DNA of 64,000 nucleotides from Candidatus Anderseniibacteriota bacterium (GTDB taxonomy: Bacteria > Patescibacteriota > Andersenbacteria > UBA10190): contig JACPWO010000001.1 in assembly GCA_016197005.1 (NCBI GenBank), forward strand, positions 410,544 to 474,543, read 5' to 3'. Numbering within the stretch: position 1 is the stretch's first letter; every line of letters begins with the position of its first letter. Below are positions 1 through 8,588 of the stretch, in pieces. Under the pieces are notes generated by a model that had not been told where the DNA came from, ran no database searches, and saw nothing but the letters and a program-made list of their open reading frames with translations. A program made the translations under genes and the position numbers.

Positions 1-366
1 GGTTACGCATACATATATTTAATTTACGGAATGTATAACTGCCTTAATGTTGTTACCGATAAAAAAGATTTTCCGGCAGCAGTACTTATTCGCGGAGCTA
101 TTCCGATAGAAGGATTCAACAATAAAACGCCCCTCAAAGCACTGCTTGCTAAACAAGCTTTACTACTTGGCCCAGGTAAAATGTGTCGAGAAATGCATAT
201 TACGCGCACTCTGAACAAAGAAAATCTTGCAACCAGTACTCAACTATACGTTGCCGATGATGGATTTATAGTTTCTGCAAAAAATATCCAAACTACTCCT
301 CGCATTAATGTAGACTACGCCGGAGAACATGCTCGCCTGCCATGGCGATACGTAGTTTCTATCTAG
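1..366 (+). CDS. mpg: DNA-3-methyladenine glycosylase (Mpg/AAG family), 5'-truncated by the window edge
   Basis: Frame 1 is open from nt 1 (GYAYIYLIYGMYNCLNVVTDKK...). The C-terminal GPGKMCREMHIT motif is typical of the Mpg family. Confidence 0.7.
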   Translation, partial: GYAYIYLIYGMYNCLNVVTDKKDFPAAVLIRGAIPIEGFNNKTPLKALLAKQALLLGPGKMCREMHITRTLNKENLATSTQLYVADDGFIVSAKNIQTTPRINVDYAGEHARLPWRYVVSI

Positions 367-369
367 AAA

Positions 370-2415
370 TTACTCAAAGTGGGTAATGGCGTTCTTCTGC
401 GCCACTTTCTTTTGCAAAATAGGATACTTCGTAAGCTCGGGATCCTTCTTTAATATCTTTTCTGCTTCTCCCCGCGCCATTTTTATCATGTCGTAATCGA
501 GCAGTGAGGCTACTTTCATATCACTAAAACCAGATTGCTGCAGGCCGTACACTTCCCCAGGACCACGAAGTTTTAAATCTTCCTCGGCAATTTTAAATCC
601 ATCAATTGACTGCTCGATAATTTTTAATCGCTTTGATCGAGCTGCTTCCTCAGTCGTAGGAAAAAGATAACAGGTTGAAGGATAGGCACCACGACCGATG
701 CGACCACGAAATTGATGCAATTGCGCTAAGCCAAACCTCTCCGCTCCTTCGATAACCATCATCGTAGCGTTAGGAATATTTACACCGACTTCAACGACGG
801 CCGTCGAAACAAGCAGCTGAATGGCGCCAGCGGCAAAATTACGCATCACTGTTTCTTTTTCTTCTGACTTGAGTTGACCATGAACCAGTCCCACCGCAAT
901 TCCCGGCAGCCATTTCTTCATTTCTTCGTATGTTTGTTTGGCAGATTTTAATTGCAGCTTTTCCGACTCTTCTATTAAAGGAGCGACGACGAATCCTTGG
1001 CGTCCCTGATGGAGTTCTTCTAGAACATGAACGATTGCTTCTTCCCGAGCAGAGGGAGTAATAATTTTGGTGGTAATAGGCTTACGACCTGGTGGTAGCT
1101 CATTCAGCACTGATACATCTAAATCGCCGTACACTGTTAGATTAAGCGTGCGCGGAATAGGCGTCGCAGTCATTGATAGCAAGTGCGGCGCGTCACCATC
1201 GTTTACTTGAGTGAGAGCCTTGCGCTGCGCTACTCCGAACCGATGCTGCTCATCAACAATCACGAGACCAACATTTTGACTACTGACATCTTCTTGCAAC
1301 AGTGCATGAGTGCCAATAATACAGACTACCTCTGTATTTTTTAAAAGCTTCTTAACACTCTGCTTGTCCCGTTCTTTCATCGCGCCAACTAATAGCTTTG
1401 TTTCTACATCCAGTGCCTGAGAGAATGCTTCATACTGCTGCCGAGCTAAGATTTCTGTTGGCGCCAGATACAACACTTTGTGTCCTGCTTTCAAAACCAG
1501 CCGAGCAGCCAGGAGAGCAACTGCGCTTTTGCCAGAACCAACATCTCCCTGCAGTAGTCGATTCATTGGGTGCGGTCGAGACATATCTTTCAAGATTTCC
1601 CGTAAAGCTTCCTTTTGTGCACCCGTGAGCTTAAATGGTAAATCGTGAGCGAGGGATTCCATGTTTTTTGGTATGGGAATTGCCGGAGCATCGGCTTCCT
1701 TTTGTTGCCGGCGCCTAACAAGAGCAGCTAGCTGTAAGAAAAAGAGTTCATCAAATCTTAGTCGTCGCTCAGCTGCCGCTAGCTCTTTCTTATCTTTTGG
1801 AAAATGGACGGCTGATAATGCTTTATGGATACCAATTAATTTGTGGCGTTTAATAATGTCTTTCGGTAAATACTCAGGAACAGCCTGAATGAGGGGAAGA
1901 AGTTGTTTTACTTGATACCGAATAAAACGAGAAGTGACCCCATGTGTCTCGCTATACACCGGAGTAATAGCAGCTGTATGTACTCGATCAGATTCACTAC
2001 CAACAAACTCAAACGCCGGAGACCGCATGGCAATCTTTCCTATTTTATTTATCTCTACCATACCAGCCACATATATTTCCCGTCCGACTGGAAGTTGCTG
2101 GGCTAAAAACCGAAGATTGTACCAGGTCACAAACAACGTACCCGTTGGATCTTCCAGCTCAACAAATACCCGCAAGACGCGCCGTCGACCATAGAACCCA
2201 TAACTATTTTTCACGGACTTCACCTTTGCTTGTACGGTTTGCTGTTTTCCTACTTCCAGTTTGGCAATTGGGGTCGCTTCAGAAAAATCGTCGTATTTAC
2301 GAGGAAAGGTAAATAAAAAGTCGCGAACGTGCGTAATATTGAGCTTGCGAAGTACGCTCGCCTTGGCGTCACCAATACGTGGCAAGTCTGTGACTGGAGA
2401 AGATAAGCGAAGCAT
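370..2415 (-). CDS. recG: ATP-dependent DNA helicase RecG
   Basis: 681 aa. It has the N-terminal wedge region, a Walker A (GDVGSGKS), a DEQH box (VIVDEQHRFG) and the helicase C-terminal motifs (HGQLKSEEKETVMRNF). Confidence 0.9.
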   Translation of the reverse strand: MLRLSSPVTDLPRIGDAKASVLRKLNITHVRDFLFTFPRKYDDFSEATPIAKLEVGKQQTVQAKVKSVKNSYGFYGRRRVLRVFVELEDPTGTLFVTWYNLRFLAQQLPVGREIYVAGMVEINKIGKIAMRSPAFEFVGSESDRVHTAAITPVYSETHGVTSRFIRYQVKQLLPLIQAVPEYLPKDIIKRHKLIGIHKALSAVHFPKDKKELAAAERRLRFDELFFLQLAALVRRRQQKEADAPAIPIPKNMESLAHDLPFKLTGAQKEALREILKDMSRPHPMNRLLQGDVGSGKSAVALLAARLVLKAGHKVLYLAPTEILARQQYEAFSQALDVETKLLVGAMKERDKQSVKKLLKNTEVVCIIGTHALLQEDVSSQNVGLVIVDEQHRFGVAQRKALTQVNDGDAPHLLSMTATPIPRTLNLTVYGDLDVSVLNELPPGRKPITTKIITPSAREEAIVHVLEELHQGRQGFVVAPLIEESEKLQLKSAKQTYEEMKKWLPGIAVGLVHGQLKSEEKETVMRNFAAGAIQLLVSTAVVEVGVNIPNATMMVIEGAERFGLAQLHQFRGRIGRGAYPSTCYLFPTTEEAARSKRLKIIEQSIDGFKIAEEDLKLRGPGEVYGLQQSGFSDMKVASLLDYDMIKMARGEAEKILKKDPELTKYPILQKKVAQKNAITHFE

Positions 2416-2999
2416 CTTTGTAGCGTGCCACGTGTTTTTGAGTAAAAAAAGAGGCTTCCCGTGAGAGAAACCTGATGTCTGGTTACATGGCTGTCTCCCC
2501 GTGGAGACAAAGTCATGCGTAGACTTGTGGGCAGTCGAGGCGTTGGCACCGAGCGGTACCTTACCTACACGAATTTTGTAAAAGAACTACTCTGGAGCCC
2601 CGGCCCCATTACACGCACCCGAAGGAGCAAAGGTGCGTTCCTCCTCCCAATACGGGCCGGGGCTCCTGCCGACGTGCGAAGCCTGATCTCAGATCACGGA
2701 GCCACCTGCTACGAGGTGCCCTACTTCCTGTCTTCGGACCCAGGAAAGATTGATCTGACAAGCTTCACAGGTTGAATGAACATTGATCTCGAGTCCTCTC
2801 GGTCTCTCCGTCATGGCACCGACCAGAGATAACCGAGAGGACTCCCGTAATAAGGGAAAAGTTACCCCGTGAAGTAAACTTTTCTGCTTGCTGTGTTGGA
2901 CAAGCTTCCTTACTACTCCCGTCCCCAACGGATAGGTATCTCGAAATTACTCATCCTATGAGTTTTTGTCAATCCTATCTTAAAGTGACACTTATTTTC
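2416..2999. other. Long ORF-free region with strong hairpin potential; candidate structured ncRNA of unknown class
   Basis: About 580 bp has no ORF longer than 99 aa. A GGAGCCCCGGCCCC / GGGCCGGGGCTCC stem (about 2596-2667) encloses a GCACC...GGTGC hairpin, with GC-rich helices alongside. The region sits next to the tRNA-His/tRNA-Arg cluster. I could not match tmRNA, RNase P or SRP consensus by eye. Confidence 0.3.
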
Positions 3000-3074
3000 T
3001 GGGGCGACTAAAGGGAATCGAACCCTTATCGTCGGGACCACAACCCGATGCTTTACCATTAAGCTATAGCCGCC
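3000..3074 (-). tRNA. tRNA-His (anticodon GTG) with encoded G-1 and CCA
   Basis: Minus strand reads G-GCGGCTA...TTGTGGT anticodon loop...GGGTTCGATTCCC...TAGTCGC-C-CCA. The extra 5' G pairs with the discriminator C, the hallmark of tRNA-His. Confidence 0.85.
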
Positions 3075-3136
3075 ATCTATCTGCTAAAGCAGATGGCTAG
3101 CACTTTACCACATTTTTTGGTACTAACAAGTCACGT

Positions 3137-3209
3137 GCCCCCGTAGCTCAGCGGATAGAGCAAAAGGTTTCTAACCTTTTTGTCGCAGGTTCGATTCCTG
3201 CCGGGGGCT
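3137..3209 (+). tRNA. tRNA-Arg (anticodon TCT)
   Basis: GCCCCCG acceptor, GCTC/GAGC D-stem, AAAGG-TTTCTAA-CCTTT anticodon arm, GCAGG-TTCGATT-CCTGC T-arm and CGGGGGC acceptor; 73 nt, no encoded CCA. Confidence 0.85.
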
Positions 3210-3210
3210 C

Positions 3211-3801
3211 ATGGTTGTAAGAAAAAAAACAACACCGGAATTAAAATCGGAACGAATTCCGATTGATGAATTGCAAGATGTTAAACGTACGCCAATTTCA
3301 GTCATCGCCGATAACATCCGTTCGCTCGATAATGTTGGGCTTTTGTTTCGTCTGTGTGATTTAGCTCGCGTCGAAAAACTGTATCTGACCGGTTACACCG
3401 GCTATCCTAAACAGACAGAAGATAGTCGACCAAAAACAATTAAGGAGCGGCATAGCCGTAGAATTGAAAAAACGGCTGTGTATGCCGTACCAGTTCAACC
3501 CTGGGAGTATACGCTCGATGCAATTTCTTTAGTAAAATCCCTTAAAGAAGCTGGTCAGACAATTATTGCCCTCGAACAAACAGATAAAAGTGTGCCCTAT
3601 CATAAACTAGCTCCTTCTAATTACTTACTCCCTCTTACTATTGTCCTGGGACATGAGCGCCACGGGGTGCGACAAGAACTTTTGGAGTTGGCTGATCATG
3701 TTATTGATATTCCGGTACTGGGATCAGGTAACTCACACAATGTTGCGACTGCCTGCGGAATTGTTTTGTACCACATACTGGAAAAAACAGGACGGATTTA
3801 A
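3211..3801 (+). CDS. SpoU/TrmH-family RNA 2'-O-methyltransferase
   Basis: 196 aa. SpoU methylase motifs are ISVIADNIRSLDNVGLLFRLCD, IVLGHERHGV and IPVLGSGNSHNVATACGIVLY. The ATG lies 2 nt after the tRNA-Arg discriminator base. Confidence 0.8.
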   Translation: MVVRKKTTPELKSERIPIDELQDVKRTPISVIADNIRSLDNVGLLFRLCDLARVEKLYLTGYTGYPKQTEDSRPKTIKERHSRRIEKTAVYAVPVQPWEYTLDAISLVKSLKEAGQTIIALEQTDKSVPYHKLAPSNYLLPLTIVLGHERHGVRQELLELADHVIDIPVLGSGNSHNVATACGIVLYHILEKTGRI

Positions 3802-3804
3802 GGG

Positions 3805-3879
3805 TGCGCCCGGAGGGGATCGAACCCCCGACCTTCTGGTCCGAAGCCAGACGCTCTAATCCGCTGAGCTACGGGCGCG
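3805..3879 (-). tRNA. tRNA-Arg (anticodon TCG)
   Basis: Minus strand reads GCGCCCG-TA-GCTC...TCTGG-CTTCGGA-CCAGA...GGGGG-TTCGATC-CCCTC-CGGGCGC-A; a cloverleaf with one G-U pair in the T-stem. Confidence 0.8.
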
Positions 3880-3917
3880 TAGAGCTCACAATACCATCGC
3901 GCTATGTTTTCGCAACT

Positions 3918-4811
3918 TTACCGCTTGGCTAATGGCAGTTTTATTTCAAATGTCGAACCCGTTGTGTCCTGCCTGTTTTTCCACGTGAGGCTACCTCCGA
4001 ATTCTTCAATAATAAGTCGAGATAGAGTGAGTCCTACTCCAATACCGTCGGGATCAAATTGACTAGCTTTGTCACCTCGAGCAAATGGTTGAAATATCGC
4101 TCCTTCGTCTTTCTCTTTAACACCCACACCACGATCTTGAACAATAATACGTGTCTGCCTCTGTCCTCGTGCTACTGCAATGTTCACTAATCCGGGCTTG
4201 AGACTATACATAATTCCGTTTTCCAGAAGATGCATAAGAGCAATTCGAAAGAGACGTTTATCTACCTTTACCGGCGCATCCTCACAATGAGCACGATAGA
4301 GTAGTTCAGCATTATGAGCAGAAGCGAGCGGTTTTGCTTTCTCAATACTATCCTGAAGGAGCGTACATAAGTCATAGGTCCGTACTTCTTGAGAAATAGC
4401 ACCCTCTTGAGCTCGCAACATTAAAAAGACATCTCGAATGTTTTCGAGCAATATTTTGGATTTCGTCTCCATGTGCTTTATTTTGAGACGCTCTTCAGCT
4501 GGTAGTTTCCGGGCGCGACTGGTGAGATACGCAAAATCTTCCTGAAGAACTTTTAAAGGTGCTTCCAGCTGCCCGGCCACCCGTGATAGACGACGATGCT
4601 CTTTTTTATCTTCTTCTCGTATCTTCTGCTCGGCATACAGAATTAAAATAAGGCCACCGGCGAGAAGACCGCCCGCCAAAAGTGGGAAAAGTGGCAGGAA
4701 ATTCCCCGAAAAAAGAGCGCGAACCAAGAAAAATAAGTCGATCCCAAGTAAGACGGAGGCGCCGCCATATAGGAAGGAATGAAAAATTGATTGCTGCTTT
4801 AATGTAGCCAT
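3918..4811 (-). CDS. Sensor histidine kinase (two N-terminal TM helices, HATPase_c)
   Basis: 297 aa. Hydrophobic N-terminus, coiled-coil/HisKA-like region, and a C-terminal ATPase region DRGVGV...GIGVGLTLSRLIIEEFGGSL. Confidence 0.75.
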   Translation of the reverse strand: MATLKQQSIFHSFLYGGASVLLGIDLFFLVRALFSGNFLPLFPLLAGGLLAGGLILILYAEQKIREEDKKEHRRLSRVAGQLEAPLKVLQEDFAYLTSRARKLPAEERLKIKHMETKSKILLENIRDVFLMLRAQEGAISQEVRTYDLCTLLQDSIEKAKPLASAHNAELLYRAHCEDAPVKVDKRLFRIALMHLLENGIMYSLKPGLVNIAVARGQRQTRIIVQDRGVGVKEKDEGAIFQPFARGDKASQFDPDGIGVGLTLSRLIIEEFGGSLTWKNRQDTTGSTFEIKLPLAKR

Positions 4812-4870
4812 AGCCCCTCTCGGTATGGCCTTTACTGTAGCACAGCCTCACTCAAATCTGGCACTTCTTA

Positions 4871-5704
4871 TTACCGTATCGGTAGACAAATAGTAAACGT
4901 GCTGCCCTTTCCCTCAGCACTGTCTACTGCAATCGTGCCTCCATGCTTTTCAATAATAGTTCGCGAAATATATAACCCGAGCCCAGAACCGCGCGTATGC
5001 ATTGCAATTGCATTCGATGAGCGAAAAAATTTAGAAAAGGCACGATACTGATCTCCCTGCGGAATGCCAATACCAGTATCTAACACTTTAATGCAGACCA
5101 TTTCATCACTTTGCATCGCGGATACGGTGACCTTCCCACCAGGCGGAGTATATTTGATTGCATTATCTACAAGGTTGCCTAGGGCTATGTTGAGCTTTGT
5201 TTTATCAATAGTAATCTTGGGAAGATTGCTATCTACTGATACGTCCAGAGAAATTTTTCGCCTTTCAGCTGCTTCACTAAACTGATCCACTACTCCACGG
5301 ACTAATTCACCAGTATCTGTGCTTTCTTTAAGCAGGCGATATTTCTGATCTTCAATGCGAGCCACATCCAAAAGTTCTCCCACCAGTCCCATCATTGCTT
5401 GAGTGCGATCCAGGCTCCGTTCCAAAATTCTGCGCTGCTCTTCATTTACCACACCAGCCTGGCCTTCAAGTAATGCGTGATGAGCCCACCGTATTCCTGT
5501 CAGTGGTGTCCGAAGTTGATGCGAAGCAAGGGATATAAACTCACTTTTTACACGATCAATTTCTTTCAAGTGTTGGATAGCTTCTCGTAGTGCGGTCGTA
5601 CGTTCGCGTATCTGGCGTAGCCGTACGTATAACAAGAGAAAAAGAACCGCAGATAATAAAAGGGCCGCTAGCGCTAGCACAATCTGCAGCAAATCGCTTG
5701 CCAT
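4871..5704 (-). CDS. Sensor histidine kinase (HisKA + HATPase_c)
   Basis: 277 aa. TM N-terminus, H-box SLASHQLRTPLTGI, N box LGNLVDNAIKYT, G boxes DTGIGIP and GSGLGL. Confidence 0.85.
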   Translation of the reverse strand: MASDLLQIVLALAALLLSAVLFLLLYVRLRQIRERTTALREAIQHLKEIDRVKSEFISLASHQLRTPLTGIRWAHHALLEGQAGVVNEEQRRILERSLDRTQAMMGLVGELLDVARIEDQKYRLLKESTDTGELVRGVVDQFSEAAERRKISLDVSVDSNLPKITIDKTKLNIALGNLVDNAIKYTPPGGKVTVSAMQSDEMVCIKVLDTGIGIPQGDQYRAFSKFFRSSNAIAMHTRGSGLGLYISRTIIEKHGGTIAVDSAEGKGSTFTICLPIR

Positions 5705-5712
5705 ACGTATTA

Positions 5713-6096
5713 TTAGACTGCTTTATTGGTTTGCTCGAGTATATTCGCTACCCGGTCGACGATTTCCTCTGGTGAATAGTTGCCTTTTACCAAAAACTCA
5801 ACCGCTCCCAGACGCTTTCCCTCTTCTATTTCAGTTTCCTGACCTAAATTCGAGAGAATAACAACAGGAACAGCACTCCACTCTTTCGCCGCCTTCATTC
5901 GTTCCAGGAGTTTAAACCCTGACTCATCTGGCAATATGATATCCAGCAACACTAGGTCGGGTGTAGCACTCTTTAGAGCCTTCTCTGCCGCTTTGGTATC
6001 TTGAGCGACGGTGACGGTGTGTCCTTTTTCTTTGAGCTTACTCTCTAAGAAGAGGCTAATGAATGAGTCGTCTTCAACAAGGAGAATCTGGGCCAT
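5713..6096 (-). CDS. Single-domain response regulator (CheY-like receiver)
   Basis: 127 aa. ILLVEDD, LVLLDIILPDESG and the conserved K site (FLVKG); there is no output domain. Confidence 0.85.
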   Translation of the reverse strand: MAQILLVEDDSFISLFLESKLKEKGHTVTVAQDTKAAEKALKSATPDLVLLDIILPDESGFKLLERMKAAKEWSAVPVVILSNLGQETEIEEGKRLGAVEFLVKGNYSPEEIVDRVANILEQTNKAV

Positions 6097-6105
6097 CGCT
6101 GTCTA

Positions 6106-6456
6106 TCATACTGCGGGACGCCGCAAGATAAAAGATACGAAGAGAAGCATTCCTCCTACTAAAACGACATCAGCCACATTAAATGCGAGCGTGCCAACTA
6201 GAAAAACATCGCGTACCTGTCCAAACACCAAGATATCGTAGACGTTGCCTAGCCCGGCCCCTAGAACGAGCGCTAACAAGGGTCCCACCCGGCGGTCACA
6301 CCGCCGGAAATAGCTCGTTATAAGGACACCTATCGCTATTACACGCACGAAAAGGGATAAGCGATCCGTGGCTAGAACTACTGGCAAAAGATACTTAGCT
6401 ACCTGATCAACTACAAAAACAGCGGCTGAGGCTATAAGCCAGCCGCCTGTCTTCAT
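6106..6456 (-). CDS. lspA: Lipoprotein signal peptidase II (short form)
   Basis: 116 aa with four hydrophobic segments and LspA motifs DQVAKYL, GNVYDILVFGQVRDVF and FNVADVVLVGG. Confidence 0.65.
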   Translation of the reverse strand: MKTGGWLIASAAVFVVDQVAKYLLPVVLATDRLSLFVRVIAIGVLITSYFRRCDRRVGPLLALVLGAGLGNVYDILVFGQVRDVFLVGTLAFNVADVVLVGGMLLFVSFILRRPAV

Positions 6457-6779
6457 TTTTTTACTACTAATGTTGTAGCAGCTGGATTAGCACGCAGGCG
6501 ATCTTCGGGGATTATTTCCCCGTCTTCAGTTGTGCCATACGTTTCTTGTTCAATCCGCTCGAGCGCGCTACGTATACTTTCCAAACGTTCCTTGAGGGCG
6601 TTAGTTGTAGCCTTTGAAGATTCAAAGTCGGCTACTTCAGCTGCGTTTTCCTCATCAGTACGTCCATACTCTGGACGATCTAAAGTGGGTAATTCCCCTT
6701 CTAAGGCCTTCTTCTCGGCTACTAGCTTCTCTTTCATCTCGGCGATGAAAGCAGGCGTATGTAAGTTTTTGTGAGTCAT
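6453..6779 (-). CDS. DksA/TraR-like protein lacking the C4 zinc finger
   Basis: Start taken at the internal ATG (MTHKNLHTPAFIAEMKEKL...), which has an AT-rich upstream. A coiled-coil is followed by a YGTTEDGEIIPEDRLRANP tail that resembles the DksA C-terminus but has no cysteines. The longer 158-aa ORF is probably an over-extension. Confidence 0.5.
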   Translation of the reverse strand: MTHKNLHTPAFIAEMKEKLVAEKKALEGELPTLDRPEYGRTDEENAAEVADFESSKATTNALKERLESIRSALERIEQETYGTTEDGEIIPEDRLRANPAATTLVVKK

Positions 6780-6929
6780 GTAATTAAAAGTATATGGAAA
6801 CGCCGTCATGCGGCAAATAAGAAAATAATTGGCCGTGACGGCGTCCGAGCTCGTATAAGCAGACGACTCGGACGGATGATGGGTTACCTCTCCCTTGAGA
6901 GTTAAACCTTCAACCGTCCTAGTCACCAT

Positions 6930-7400
6930 TTTGACTCATAGGAGCTATGTGCATCACCACGCTTCATGCAGTACGTAGTAACCCTTAGCTGCGATTGCGG
7001 ACATACGTCCGCGAGAAAGTACAAAAGTTCATCCGTGTTTAGATGATGTTTGTTTTTATTTATGAGGCCAATGCATGTTGGCACGTCCTCGCATCAAAGG
7101 GGGTGCGTCCGACAAAGGTCAGGAAGCACGCATAGGGAGTATAGGGGGAGATACTCCCTATGCCCGCTTCCCAACAATTGGCAGATTAGGTTGTAAGGTA
7201 CCTTCGGTGTGGCTCTAACTTTGCTGTACACGTTTGTTTCTCGCTAGAGCCCAACTTTGTTTATTTTGCCTTTTTATTTGATAACTAAGCCTTCCTACGC
7301 TTAGTAATGTTGTAAGTATATCATTTTCTGGACAGCGGGTCAAAGTTCAGAGACCACATTTTGTACACATTATGGTCTCATTCTTTTTTAGTTCTTTTTC
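6930..7400. other. ORF-free region with a perfect 13-bp palindrome and an SRP-RNA-like hairpin; candidate ncRNA or regulatory region
   Basis: GCATAGGGAGTAT-aggggga-g-ATACTCCCTATGC at about 7130-7165. Upstream is GUGCGUCCGACAAAGGUCAGGAAGCACGC, which has a GGUC..AGGAAGCA motif reminiscent of the SRP RNA helix-8 apex (GGUCCGGAAGGAAGCAGC). The resemblance is weak and unverified. Confidence 0.25.
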
Positions 7401-7401
7401 A

Positions 7402-8586
7402 TTATTTCTGTATCACTCCGGTACCAGCTTCCGTTGTTCCTACTACCCTGATCCCTCCCCCACCTTCTTTATATGAGTCAGTTGGTATCATAATTGCGAC
7501 ACTTTTTTGATCCAAAATACTTACTTTTTTCAGCAACTCACTGCCCGCTGTTTCAGTCCGACTAACGACTGACCAATTACCATCGGTACACAAAAAAAGT
7601 GAGTGGCTATTTACTCCAGCCGAGCGACAATTAGCTTGCGAAGTTGGAGTGAAGAGCTCAGTAGTGTCAGCCACAGGTACTACTTCAAATCCACGGGTAC
7701 CATCAGGGAGCAAAAAGGGCTGCGTAACTGGATGATGCTTCCCATACTCAGCTGCTAACCATGATTCAAGCACCGCCGCACCATTTGTTCCTCTCATTGC
7801 GAGGGAAAAACTTGAGGAATCATTCTCTCTTATATCTATAGCAAAGGCTTCTGACTGTCTCAGCGACTCTAAAATATCTACTTTACTCGATGTTAAGCCA
7901 ATACCCGCTAATAGGTTAGTTTCAATCTGAGCTTTAATAGTTGGCGCTAATTTATGCAGAAGTGCGCTTGGTATAGAGACGAATAGATCTCCATTTAGCC
8001 CCTCATCGTTTTCCTTATTCATGGACATTTGAGCATCAGCTCCTGGTAACGTTAGTGAGTTTACATAGGAAAAAGAGAGTTCATTTTTAGCTTTCCCAGC
8101 GACAAAAGACAGGGGTTGGGAATTCGCATAAAAGGTATTAGGAGCGGCTGATAGAAGAAGAATGGGATTACCTTCGTAATAACGACGCATTAATATATCT
8201 CCTACCGTCACTACTCCTGCCCATGCTACTTCTTTAACAGAAAAGATGCGTGAATCTTTTAAAGAATGAATTTGTACGAGCCCATTTTGGATTGAAGTTG
8301 GTTGCATTACCAGTTCACGACTGGCACTGCGAGCATATAAAAATCCAGGTGCTTTTGAGATCGTTGCTTGCGCTTGTGAAGTAAGAATGTCTGCCTTTAC
8401 CCTCTCTAAAGGCAGCTGAGAGGGTAAATACTCGCCTTCTTTTACTCCGACGACAATCTCGTAATTATCCGGTGGTAGTAAATGCCAATAAAAAAGCAGG
8501 GATCGCGATAACCCCCAAACAGTAAGCAGTAAGATTATTACGACAGCTCCAATAAGTGCACCTATTCCCCAGTACCAGTAACGCAT
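7402..8586 (-). CDS. Hypothetical membrane-anchored protein (N-terminal TM, large extracytoplasmic domain)
   Basis: 394 aa. One N-terminal TM helix (WYWGIGALIGAVVIILLLTVW), no recognisable catalytic motifs, and a Gly-rich C-terminus. Confidence 0.55.
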   Translation of the reverse strand: MRYWYWGIGALIGAVVIILLLTVWGLSRSLLFYWHLLPPDNYEIVVGVKEGEYLPSQLPLERVKADILTSQAQATISKAPGFLYARSASRELVMQPTSIQNGLVQIHSLKDSRIFSVKEVAWAGVVTVGDILMRRYYEGNPILLLSAAPNTFYANSQPLSFVAGKAKNELSFSYVNSLTLPGADAQMSMNKENDEGLNGDLFVSIPSALLHKLAPTIKAQIETNLLAGIGLTSSKVDILESLRQSEAFAIDIRENDSSSFSLAMRGTNGAAVLESWLAAEYGKHHPVTQPFLLPDGTRGFEVVPVADTTELFTPTSQANCRSAGVNSHSLFLCTDGNWSVVSRTETAGSELLKKVSILDQKSVAIMIPTDSYKEGGGGIRVVGTTEAGTGVIQK

Positions 8587-8588
8587 AA

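Noticed and set aside
2416-2999. tmRNA (ssrA) or RNase P RNA assignment for the structured gap
   Set aside because: I looked for the tmRNA T-arm and terminal GGUUCGAnUCC...CCACCA and for the RNase P P4 strands (GGAAAGUCCGG / ACAGAAnCCGGCUUA) on both strands and found neither. It is left as an unassigned ncRNA candidate.
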